Source: a virus
Lineage: Duplodnaviria; Caudoviricetes
Strand: one strand, 5' to 3'
IMG/VR virus record: IMGVR_UViG_3300025773_000003
Coordinates: 1-36,136 of that record
Length of the DNA: 36,136 bases
Shown in pieces: positions 1 to 6,932 of the stretch. Numbering within the stretch: the stretch's first letter is position 1; each line of letters begins with the position of its first letter. The notes under the pieces were generated by a model. The model searched no databases. It had not been told where the DNA came from and worked only from the letters and a program-made list of their open reading frames with translations. The translations under genes were made by a program, and so were the position numbers.

Positions 1-127
1 AACAATTAATACAGAGCTTAAAACACGAACATCTGGTCGGACAATGATCTTATCCGCCAGAGGTCTAAATGATACAATTTCATCAGCCATTTCAATATTA
101 CCCTATTGCTTTGGTTATAAACCCTGT
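1..127. repeat. Terminal direct repeat, copy 1 (identical to 36010-36136); contig is circular
   Basis: Exact 127-nt identity of the two ends; it cuts through the groES-like ORF and 127 is a common assembler k-mer size. Confidence 0.95.
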
Positions 128-157
128 AGCCCTTTACCGAGAGCTATGGGGTTTAGC

Positions 158-427
158 TTATTTGCAATCGTCTTGGTCGTGACCGACACGCTTATGGCTG
201 TAGCACTCACGCTCACCCATATTGCCGTCATTCAATTCACCGAGCTTGCCTTCAAAGTTGCCAGCATGGCTCATTGGGCGTGAACCCATAGCATCCATTT
301 TGCCCATGCCAACTCCGCCAACTAGCTTGACTTTGCGCTCTCCGCTCATGTCAGCTTTCGCTGCGCCAGTAGGTGCTTTTGCGCCAGTTGTTGAAGGTAC
401 GCCCTTCATGCTATCCATTTTGCCCAT
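158..427 (-). CDS. Small Gly/Met-rich hypothetical protein, first gene of the late operon
   Basis: AAGGA RBS before ATG; internal MGKMD repeat; candidate promoter just upstream. Confidence 0.75.
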   Translation of the reverse strand: MGKMDSMKGVPSTTGAKAPTGAAKADMSGERKVKLVGGVGMGKMDAMGSRPMSHAGNFEGKLGELNDGNMGERECYSHKRVGHDQDDCK

Positions 428-465
428 GATTTATCCTTTAAGATGGGGTTGATACACTACGAATA

Positions 466-494
466 ATAATACTATTTTACGATTTTTCAAGCAA
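466..494 (-). promoter_or_regulatory. Putative sigma70-type promoter for the late operon
   Basis: Minus strand TTGCTT-N17-TATTAT upstream of ORF 158..427. Confidence 0.45.
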
Positions 495-761
495 TTTTAC
501 TAGATTTATCGCACCTTCTATATCGTGGATTCGAGCTACTGTTGACCCACGCCAATTCAACATAAATGCTTGTTGCGCTGCTGTGAACTTTGCCTTGTCA
601 TCTGACTTTATTTCAACAAGTGCGGTCTTTTGGTTTTTACCCACCACAAGATCAGGGAATCCGCCAGCAACCCTTGACGTATCAAATACAGAACAGCCAA
701 GCTCTCGTAACGTCTTAACGATAAACGAATGATTAGCATCAACTTTTCTAGCATAGGTCAT
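477..761 (-). CDS. VRR-NUC-like PD-(D/E)XK nuclease (putative resolvase)
   Basis: GFPDLVVG...LVEIKS motif and 'FTAAQQAF' segment typical of phage VRR-NUC proteins. Confidence 0.8.
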   Translation of the reverse strand: MTYARKVDANHSFIVKTLRELGCSVFDTSRVAGGFPDLVVGKNQKTALVEIKSDDKAKFTAAQQAFMLNWRGSTVARIHDIEGAINLVKLLEKS

Positions 762-789
762 TGAAATGTAATAAATTAAAGGTTAGTAT
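761..789 (+). promoter_or_regulatory. Sigma70-type promoter for the plus-strand two-gene cassette
   Basis: TTGAAA(761-766)-N17-TAGTAT(784-789), then RBS AGGGGA before ATG 819. Confidence 0.6.
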
Positions 790-818
790 CTAAACACTTT
801 ACACCAAAAGGGGATCAA

Positions 819-2039
819 ATGGCTCAAAAACCATTGTCGCATGAAGATATGCAAGAAGCGGTAAATGCTTTTGCAAAGACTGGTAATAAACGAAAATCAG
901 CCGAACTTCTTAATCTTCCTGAAGGCACTTTTAATTCAAGGTATAGAGCTGCAATATTGGCTGGAATTAAGCCCACAGTCGAAGTGTTTAATAAAGATTT
1001 AAACGAGCTAAATGATGCTAGAAATAAAATTCGCCAGCTAGAGGCTACGATCCACGCCCATGAAGAAAATACATTAACTGCCGAATATATCAAAACCACC
1101 ATTCTAAAGATGTCAAAGAAGGTGGTATCTCCACCTAATTGGCTTATTAAACCTACTAAAGGCAAAAGAAGCGCAGGCGTTCCTACCCTTTTTGCATCAG
1201 ATTGGCATTGGGGCGAGGTAGTTGACCCAAATCAAATTAATGGCGTAAATGAATACAACGTAGCGATTGCACAAGATCGTGCAAGAGTCATGATTGAAAA
1301 GACCATTGATTTACTTAAAAACCATGTAGCTTTATCTGATTATCCTGGCATTGTATTTGTGTTAGGTGGCGATATGGTTTCTGGTGACATTCATGAAGAA
1401 CTGATGGCTACAAACTCTATGGAAATTATGCCTACAGTTATAGACTTATTCGGTGTATTGACTTGGTGTATTGAAACTTTAGCCGATGAGTTTGGAAATG
1501 TCTTTGTTCCGTGCGTAAGTGGTAATCATGGGCGCAATACGCACAAAATTAGGGCAAAAGGCAGGAACTTCACATCCTTTGATTGGTTACTCTATCAGTT
1601 TCTATCAAAGAGGTTTGAAAATGATTCTCGCATCCAATTTCATATTCCTGACGGCTCAGATGCCTATTATTCAATCTACGGACACAAATATTTACTTACA
1701 CATGGGGATCAATTTCGTGGGGGTGATGGTGTCATTGGCGCTTTAGGCCCAATCATTCGTGGAGATCATCGTAAACGCTCCAGAAACGCTCAGATTGATA
1801 TGGAATACGACACAATGATCTTAGGTCATTGGCATCAATTAATCCAGCTAGAACGCCTTATTGTAAATGGTAGTCTTAAAGGTTACGATGAGTATGCTTA
1901 TGCCAATAACTTTGGCTTTGAGCCACCACGCCAGGCATTATGGATTACCCATCCTGAACATGGTTTAACATTTAGTATGCCTGTGTATGTTGAAAGAAAA
2001 CAAAAGCAGCTTAACAAAGAATGGATTACTTGGAAATGA
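819..2039 (+). CDS. N-terminal HTH/coiled-coil plus calcineurin-like metallophosphoesterase
   Basis: All metallophosphoesterase motifs: SDWH, GGDMVSGDIH, GNHGR, THGD, GHWH; N-terminal HTH-like KRKSAELLNLPEGTFNSRY. Confidence 0.85.
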   Translation: MAQKPLSHEDMQEAVNAFAKTGNKRKSAELLNLPEGTFNSRYRAAILAGIKPTVEVFNKDLNELNDARNKIRQLEATIHAHEENTLTAEYIKTTILKMSKKVVSPPNWLIKPTKGKRSAGVPTLFASDWHWGEVVDPNQINGVNEYNVAIAQDRARVMIEKTIDLLKNHVALSDYPGIVFVLGGDMVSGDIHEELMATNSMEIMPTVIDLFGVLTWCIETLADEFGNVFVPCVSGNHGRNTHKIRAKGRNFTSFDWLLYQFLSKRFENDSRIQFHIPDGSDAYYSIYGHKYLLTHGDQFRGGDGVIGALGPIIRGDHRKRSRNAQIDMEYDTMILGHWHQLIQLERLIVNGSLKGYDEYAYANNFGFEPPRQALWITHPEHGLTFSMPVYVERKQKQLNKEWITWK

Positions 2040-2386
2040 AACTGAGTCCTGCCATATTAAAGAATTTATATTCTGCATTAATGCTATGTGAGCCACTAAA
2101 TAAGTGGAATTTGCCTTTGCCAGAAGAAATTAAATTTGTTGTTGATTCAGACCCCGAATCTATGGGAACGTACCTATACGATGATGGGGGAGATTACGAA
2201 CACATCATTACAATTTCTGATGCTCGTTGTGGCTGGTTGACAACAGTAATTTCAACATTACTCCATGAGTGTATCCACATGAGTCGTAGTGGAACAATCA
2301 CCGATGCTTGGACTAAACACGATGCCACATTTAGACGTAGAGCATCTAAGGTTGCAGAGCTGGGTTTTGACCCACTAGAGCTATAA
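2036..2386 (+). CDS. SprT-like zinc metallopeptidase
   Basis: TLLHECIH (HExxH) plus downstream KHDATF; start at 2036 gives an ATGA overlap with the phosphoesterase stop. Confidence 0.75.
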   Translation: MKLSPAILKNLYSALMLCEPLNKWNLPLPEEIKFVVDSDPESMGTYLYDDGGDYEHIITISDARCGWLTTVISTLLHECIHMSRSGTITDAWTKHDATFRRRASKVAELGFDPLEL

Positions 2387-2648
2387 CTTCTTCGAGGAGT
2401 TCCTCTTCGCTCGTTTCAAAGGTGGACTCAAATTTTCGTCTACCCAATCCGTGAATACCAGTATTTGATCCTCGATGGTGGGCGGTACACAAACCAATGA
2501 CAGGTGCTTGATTGCGAGGTATGTTACCTCGTCTAATATGGTGCAATTCGCATCCAACGTCTTGCGTTTCGTATCCCAACCTTTTGCATAAGATGCAGCC
2601 AAGTCGTGCCACTTTTGCATAGTATTGTTTTTCTGCTTTAGTGGACAC
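2346..2648 (-). CDS. Ref-like Zn-binding HNH nuclease
   Basis: GCILC...ELHH...IGLCTAHHRG...GIHGLG pattern of Ref/DUF968-type proteins; GTG start. Confidence 0.75.
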   Translation of the reverse strand: MSTKAEKQYYAKVARLGCILCKRLGYETQDVGCELHHIRRGNIPRNQAPVIGLCTAHHRGSNTGIHGLGRRKFESTFETSEEELLEEVIALVGQNPALQP

Positions 2649-2802
2649 TTTTGGTGCTAGTCCAATCTTCTAACTCTTGCGCTGATTCTGTTATAGAACA
2701 AGCAATTAAATAGGCTTGTGAATATTTACCTTTAAGTACCGCTTCGTGATAGTGTTTGATGAATGAGTTAAGTTTAAGAATAATGTCTGCATAATCGTTC
2801 AT
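2638..2802 (-). CDS. Small hypothetical protein (54 aa, MNDYADIILKLNSF...), not in ORF track
   Basis: Translated by hand; ATGA overlap with the stop of 2799..3128; fills the operon gap. Confidence 0.7.
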   Translation of the reverse strand: MNDYADIILKLNSFIKHYHEAVLKGKYSQAYLIACSITESAQELEDWTSTKSVH

Positions 2803-3128
2803 TTCGTTAATCTTTCTATTGATCGGTTGCTAGCTTGTTCTGTGCGCCAGATTTCTACTCTAAGTTTTGCTGCTTCAAGTTTCCATTTTAACGCTTCTGC
2901 GTTTTCTGTAGCCACTCCAATGGCTTTACATAAATTCTGATAAGCCTCTGAGCGATACGCTTCTCTTTCTTGCGCCCCAAGACTTTGCTCCGATGATTCA
3001 GACATTTTAATAGCTTTAAGGCTTGACTTAAATGCCTCAAGCTCCGCAAGTTCACCCTTCGCTTTTGCATACGCAGGCGCAGTTTTAAAAATGAAGTCAA
3101 TCGCATCGTTTGGATCATAATCTTTCAT
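2799..3128 (-). CDS. Helical phage protein (possibly UvsY-like)
   Basis: Coupled to neighbours; all-helical with AQEREAYRSEAY and IWRTEQASNR segments; function is a guess. Confidence 0.65.
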   Translation of the reverse strand: MKDYDPNDAIDFIFKTAPAYAKAKGELAELEAFKSSLKAIKMSESSEQSLGAQEREAYRSEAYQNLCKAIGVATENAEALKWKLEAAKLRVEIWRTEQASNRSIERLTK

Positions 3129-4389
3129 TTATTCTTTCCCCTATCCATCGCATTACTGGCACAGCCATAGAATTTCCAAGAGCTTTATATCTTACACCGC
3201 TTGGACAGTTTTCTTTAATATTTGTGTAGTTGTCAGGAAAGCCTTGTAGTCTTTCACATTCAACTTCTGTAAGCCTACGAACTGCCATGTTTTGTATAGC
3301 TACTGCTTCCACAGGTGTTCCGTTACTACGCCATCCGCTACCTGGATTAGCTCTTAATGTTCCGCTAATATCAGATGAGCCAATAGCTAATGGAACATTG
3401 TTGCCACCAGTTCCCCATCTAGCAGTAACAGTAGGGCTTATTTCAATTTCTTTGATTCTGCTATCTGTGCCATGATTTTCATAAGCAACTGCATGGCGGC
3501 TGACTGTATCTAGCGTATTCATAGGGTCACCAGATTTTCCGATGCCTAAACCATTTCCCTTTCCATCGTTATTTCTGTTTGCTCCACCACCTTTATATTG
3601 AGTCGCTTGAGCATGAATTGGAATGGGTTGCATTACAAATAATGGCGCACCAGAATTTATATGTTGATTTTCTAAACCAAGTTTTTCGCCAAATGAAGCA
3701 TTTAATGTATTTGCTTTATCAGCAGGCCATTGAACAACTACAGCGTTACCTTCACTTCTTGCTGGGTTGTAGCTACTGTGGCTTGAAGGGCTTTTTGTAA
3801 TGCAATTGGCAATATCTTTTTTCTCGCTTCTGCCCTTCTTAATATCCCTTCGCAGGCTTTCGGACTCAAATAATACTTCTGCGGCAGATTGCCAACTTCC
3901 AAAACATCCGACAACAAACACTCGTCTGCGTCTTTGGGCGACTCCAAAGTATTGAGCATCAAGCACCCTGTATGCGAACCCATACCCGAGTTGAGCCAAC
4001 GCCCCGAGGAAGGCTCCAAAATCCCTTCCTTCGCCTGAACTAAGGACACCTGGCACGTTTTCCCAAATGCACCACTTGGGTCTAAACTTGTCAAGAATTC
4101 CAACATAGGTAAGGGCAAGATTTCCTCTTGGGTCTTCAAGTCCTTTTCTAAGACCTGCAACGCTAAATGATTGGCATGGAGTTCCTCCGACCAAAAGTCC
4201 AACTGAGTCATTGATGTTCCATTCTTTGTATTTAGTCATATCACCATAATTGGTGACGTGTGGGTAATGATGTGCAAGCACTTGACTAGGAAATTTCTCA
4301 ATCTCGCTAAATCCTACAGGTTTCCAACCCATGTGATGCCACGCAACTGTGGCAGCTTCAATTCCAGAACAAACAGATAGATAGTTCAT
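3115..4389 (-). CDS. C5 DNA cytosine methyltransferase
   Basis: Motifs I (SVCSGIEA), IV (GGTPCQSFS), VI (ENVPG), VIII (QRRRRVF), IX (RRLTEVECERLQGFP), X (YKALGNS). Confidence 0.95.
   Translation of the reverse strand: MNYLSVCSGIEAATVAWHHMGWKPVGFSEIEKFPSQVLAHHYPHVTNYGDMTKYKEWNINDSVGLLVGGTPCQSFSVAGLRKGLEDPRGNLALTYVGILDKFRPKWCIWENVPGVLSSGEGRDFGAFLGALAQLGYGFAYRVLDAQYFGVAQRRRRVFVVGCFGSWQSAAEVLFESESLRRDIKKGRSEKKDIANCITKSPSSHSSYNPARSEGNAVVVQWPADKANTLNASFGEKLGLENQHINSGAPLFVMQPIPIHAQATQYKGGGANRNNDGKGNGLGIGKSGDPMNTLDTVSRHAVAYENHGTDSRIKEIEISPTVTARWGTGGNNVPLAIGSSDISGTLRANPGSGWRSNGTPVEAVAIQNMAVRRLTEVECERLQGFPDNYTNIKENCPSGVRYKALGNSMAVPVMRWIGERINERL
3738..4211 (-). CDS. Alternative-frame polypeptide nested in the methyltransferase gene (M.EcoHK31I beta-like)
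   Basis: 157-codon +1-frame ORF with C5-MTase-like segment RWLNSGM...ECLLSDVLE...KYYLSPKACEGILRRA. Confidence 0.65.
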   Translation of the reverse strand: MTQLDFWSEELHANHLALQVLEKDLKTQEEILPLPMLEFLTSLDPSGAFGKTCQVSLVQAKEGILEPSSGRWLNSGMGSHTGCLMLNTLESPKDADECLLSDVLEVGNLPQKYYLSPKACEGILRRAEARKKILPIALQKALQATVATTQQEVKVTL

Positions 4390-4532
4390 TTAAGCGCAAG
4401 CCATAATCCAATTTGACTAAACGCATAGCCTAACCAAATAATTGCGTTAGGAAATGCACCCTTGCGTAATTGCAATACGCCTACCATCAAATATCCAAGC
4501 CCTGTTGCTGCGATAATGGTTTTTTCCAACAT
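4386..4532 (-). CDS. Small membrane protein (48 aa, MLEKTIIAATGLGYL...), not in ORF track
   Basis: Strong RBS AGGGGGGA; two hydrophobic stretches; ATGA overlap with the MTase start. Confidence 0.75.
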   Translation of the reverse strand: MLEKTIIAATGLGYLMVGVLQLRKGAFPNAIIWLGYAFSQIGLWLALK

Positions 4533-4723
4533 TTGTATTCCCCCCTGTTTCCTAATTGATACTGAATAGCATAGTCTTGCAATAATACTTGAGGCAATTT
4601 CTTGCTCGATATGTATTGTCTAAACTTTGCTAATCCCCATTGCGCTCGCCATTTACACAGTTGTCTGACGGCTGATTTGTGCCGAAATTCGTTGTCGTAA
4701 TTGGTAGAATGATTCTCCAGCAT
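4487..4723 (-). CDS. Hypothetical protein
   Basis: Co-oriented ORF bridging the replication gene and the membrane protein; start uncertain. Confidence 0.55.
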   Translation of the reverse strand: MLENHSTNYDNEFRHKSAVRQLCKWRAQWGLAKFRQYISSKKLPQVLLQDYAIQYQLGNRGEYKCWKKPLSQQQGLDI

Positions 4724-5027
4724 AAGGCGTTATTCCTAATTCTCTTGCTTTAGCTAGAGTTAAATCATCCGATGAGAACCACGGCAACTGTGGTTTTTTT
4801 ACAGTTTCTGTTAGATCAATTTCATCTTCCCATCGCCCTTGATTTAGCCAGGTGGCGGGATGAGGAATAAACTCTTTTGAAGTTTCTTTGAGCTTCCAAT
4901 ATTTTAAATGATTTGATATGGCATCAAGAGCTTCTTTTTGCTCTAACTCGCTTAACCGATTCCAGCTTGACTGCGCTGCTCTTTTTGCTACTTTTCTTGG
5001 GTACAGATCCCAAAACGCTTGAAACAT
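4653..5027 (-). CDS. Phage replication protein, C-terminal (replisome-organiser-like) domain only
   Basis: FQAFWDLYPRKVAK...A...W and FIPHPATWLNQGRWEDE motifs; own RBS GGGGAG 7 nt before ATG. Confidence 0.75.
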   Translation of the reverse strand: MFQAFWDLYPRKVAKRAAQSSWNRLSELEQKEALDAISNHLKYWKLKETSKEFIPHPATWLNQGRWEDEIDLTETVKKPQLPWFSSDDLTLAKARELGITPYAGESFYQLRQRISAQISRQTTV

Positions 5028-5184
5028 GAAACATCTCCCCGTTACGTTCCATCATTATAGCTTCTACCAAAGTGCAAGTCAGTCCTTGTTGGACAAGAAA
5101 ATGCAAGCCTTCCCTGTCGTAATGCACATGGACTTCGGCTGATCCATCTTTGTTTTCTTTAATTTTCTTAATTAAAATTTCCAT
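4924..5184 (-). CDS. Hypothetical protein
   Basis: TAATG coupling with the upstream gene; 3' end overlaps the replication gene by 104 nt. Confidence 0.6.
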   Translation of the reverse strand: MEILIKKIKENKDGSAEVHVHYDREGLHFLVQQGLTCTLVEAIMMERNGEMFHVSSVLGSVPKKSSKKSSAVKLESVKRVRAKRSS

Positions 5185-5387
5185 TAATGTTTGCCTTCAA
5201 AAGCAGCAGGCCCAAGCGCATGAATAAGTTGTTTATTAGCCTCTAGTTCACGCCTAGCAAATAAAAGTTGTTCTCGCAATGATTTAATTTCCATGTCTGC
5301 TACTCGTAACATATCAATGAGCATAGACTCCCGTGTTTGAGTGTCAGCGTTGACAAACTCTTTAGCACTTACCATATCTTCAATCAT
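5184..5387 (-). CDS. Small coiled-coil hypothetical protein
   Basis: Strong RBS AGGGGGA; heptad-like sequence. Confidence 0.7.
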   Translation of the reverse strand: MIEDMVSAKEFVNADTQTRESMLIDMLRVADMEIKSLREQLLFARRELEANKQLIHALGPAAFEGKH

Positions 5388-5429
5388 AGTTCCCCCTAGT
5401 TATTATACAAAACCACTTAAAGTATATAT

Positions 5430-5635
5430 AAAACCTTCCTTGCCCTTCTGGTGAGCGAACCTAGCCTACCTAAGTTCGCCTTCAATTCTGCCCATCCGGA
5501 GCCACAGAACCCGCCAGTCGTTCGATGCACAGGCACTAGCTTCGCCACCTGTATTGCGCTATTTCAGCATCTTCCCTCTAGTAACGCTACAACACTTTGA
5601 TCGCTACGATGTCGTTAGAGCCGCCAATCAAAGAA
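5430..5635 (-). ncRNA. Candidate structured non-coding RNA or single-strand origin element (~200 nt)
   Basis: GC-richer intergenic region with six helices whose G-U wobbles form only on the minus strand; promoter directly upstream. Confidence 0.6.
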
Positions 5636-5640
5636 ATAAC

Positions 5641-5668
5641 ATCTTACAACAATTTTAAGACTTTGCAA
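5641..5668 (-). promoter_or_regulatory. Promoter for the structured element
   Basis: TTGCAA(5668-5663)-N16-TAAGAT(5646-5641); same hexamers as the promoter at 6623-6652. Confidence 0.6.
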
Positions 5669-6386
5669 TATCCTGCTCTGCCATATAACAAAAAATACTG
5701 CACTCAATGTCAGGTTCTTTAGGATAATTGCCATCTGTAGGCTTTAGTTCATCCAAATATCTGTCTTTAAATACAGTTTGTTTTTTAAATCTTTCTAACT
5801 TTGCCATGCGGTCAAAATGCTCTGGAAAATCAATTTTAATCTTATTCCAATAGCCCATACCGCCTTTGACACATCCTATGCAATTATTGTTATGGTATCC
5901 AAGTTTATACATCGCTGGAAGCTCAATGTTGGCATTTTTAAGCATAGCCAAGCAATCTTCTTTTCCTAAGCCTTTGTCAATCAATGGAGTCCAAATATCA
6001 ACATCATTATTAGCGTCTATAAAGCGATCTAAGCGGGCTTGCTCCTCTGCGGTATAGCCAAACACTTGACGATCTGTAAGTTGCTCAAAACGCTGTCTAA
6101 TGCGTTTTTTAAGCTCTCTTGTGCAAGGTGCGCCTTTTGGTGTGCGAATAAAGTTTTTTTCAAATACTTTGTAAATTGAACGCTCGTATTTGTCATTGCC
6201 CAATATTTCTATTTTTTGCCCAAACCATTCCTCGCAATCTGCTAAAAATCGCTTATTGTCAGGGTGTTCTTCTTTGACTTCGGTATAAGCAATAATAAGT
6301 GGCAATTTGCCAGCATTTTCGGCAATCGCTAACTTGGTAGCTACCGCACTTGCAGCCCCACAACTAAACCAGCAAACTATTCTCAT
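5655..6386 (-). CDS. PAPS-reductase-like / adenine nucleotide alpha-hydrolase family protein with Cys motifs
   Basis: Degenerate PP-loop WFSCGAASAVA; GAPCT, NNCIGCVKGG, ECSIFC; start 6386 gives an ATGA overlap with the Cro-like gene. Confidence 0.75.
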   Translation of the reverse strand: MRIVCWFSCGAASAVATKLAIAENAGKLPLIIAYTEVKEEHPDNKRFLADCEEWFGQKIEILGNDKYERSIYKVFEKNFIRTPKGAPCTRELKKRIRQRFEQLTDRQVFGYTAEEQARLDRFIDANNDVDIWTPLIDKGLGKEDCLAMLKNANIELPAMYKLGYHNNNCIGCVKGGMGYWNKIKIDFPEHFDRMAKLERFKKQTVFKDRYLDELKPTDGNYPKEPDIECSIFCYMAEQDIAKS

Positions 6387-6616
6387 TGAAGTTCGGGCCA
6401 TATAAGATGCCAGGACTGAGGAAACAAGTCCTTGCGTGTAATTAAACCATGCGACTCCCTTTCAAGAGTTGCCCCTAAAAATGCGTATTGAGATGCTGGA
6501 ATGTTGTTTTTTCGCCACAAACTAACTGCTGCTGGGCTTACCCCTGTTAATTTGGCTACTTTGGCAGTTCCCCCAAGCAAATCAATTATTGCTGAATCCG
6601 TAAGTTTTAGTCCCAT
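6383..6616 (-). CDS. Cro/YdaS-like HTH regulator
   Basis: IIDLLGGTAKVAKLTGVSPAAVSLW HTH and C-terminal DLFP..WHLIWPEL. Confidence 0.85.
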   Translation of the reverse strand: MGLKLTDSAIIDLLGGTAKVAKLTGVSPAAVSLWRKNNIPASQYAFLGATLERESHGLITRKDLFPQSWHLIWPELQ

Positions 6617-6622
6617 TTAGCA

Positions 6623-6686
6623 ATCTTACAACATAAGTAATTATTTTTGCAAAGGTATTGCAAAGTCCTGAATATTGCTTAATAAT
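6623..6686. promoter_or_regulatory. Divergent promoter pair (middle arm leftward, early arm rightward)
   Basis: Minus TTGCAA(6652-6647)-N18-TAAGAT(6628-6623); plus TTGCAA(6658-6663)-N17-AATAAT(6681-6686). Confidence 0.65.
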
Positions 6687-6728
6687 GGAGATATAGCAAC
6701 TTCGCTATGTCATTTAAGGGGAATTTAA

Positions 6729-6932
6729 ATGGATGAGTTGTATCAAGTTATGACCGAAATGGAGCAACGCTTGGAAATAGCGTTAGATAACATGGAATAC
6801 GGCACAGAATTGTCGCAAGACGATGTGGATGTTATTCGTGCTGCTTGCGGTAAACCAAACAATACACGCAACAATCTTTTGCAAACAGTCTTTGATGACT
6901 TTGGCAAAGTATTTGGAGGCAACCATGTCTAA
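6729..6932 (+). CDS. Hypothetical early protein
   Basis: Strong RBS AAGGGGA; first gene of the plus arm. Confidence 0.75.
   Translation: MDELYQVMTEMEQRLEIALDNMEYGTELSQDDVDVIRAACGKPNNTRNNLLQTVFDDFGKVFGGNHV

Noticed and set aside
1-127. 127-bp end repeat as a physical terminal repeat
   Set aside because: It splits the groES-like gene and equals a common assembler k-mer length; a circularly permuted genome is more likely
44-452. Plus-strand ORFs 44..283 and 222..452
   Set aside because: Antisense shadows of minus-strand genes with no RBS or motifs
824-3800. ORFs 824..1165, 1519..1746, 2381..2620, 2888..3118, 3230..3475 and 3579..3800
   Set aside because: Nested in or opposite to well-supported genes with no recognisable motifs, unlike 3738..4211
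6823-6924. Extended N-termini in the ORF track (6823; also 2021, 6401, 9535, 10200, 24290, 31006, 35827)
   Set aside because: Downstream ATGs have better RBSs or stop/start overlaps
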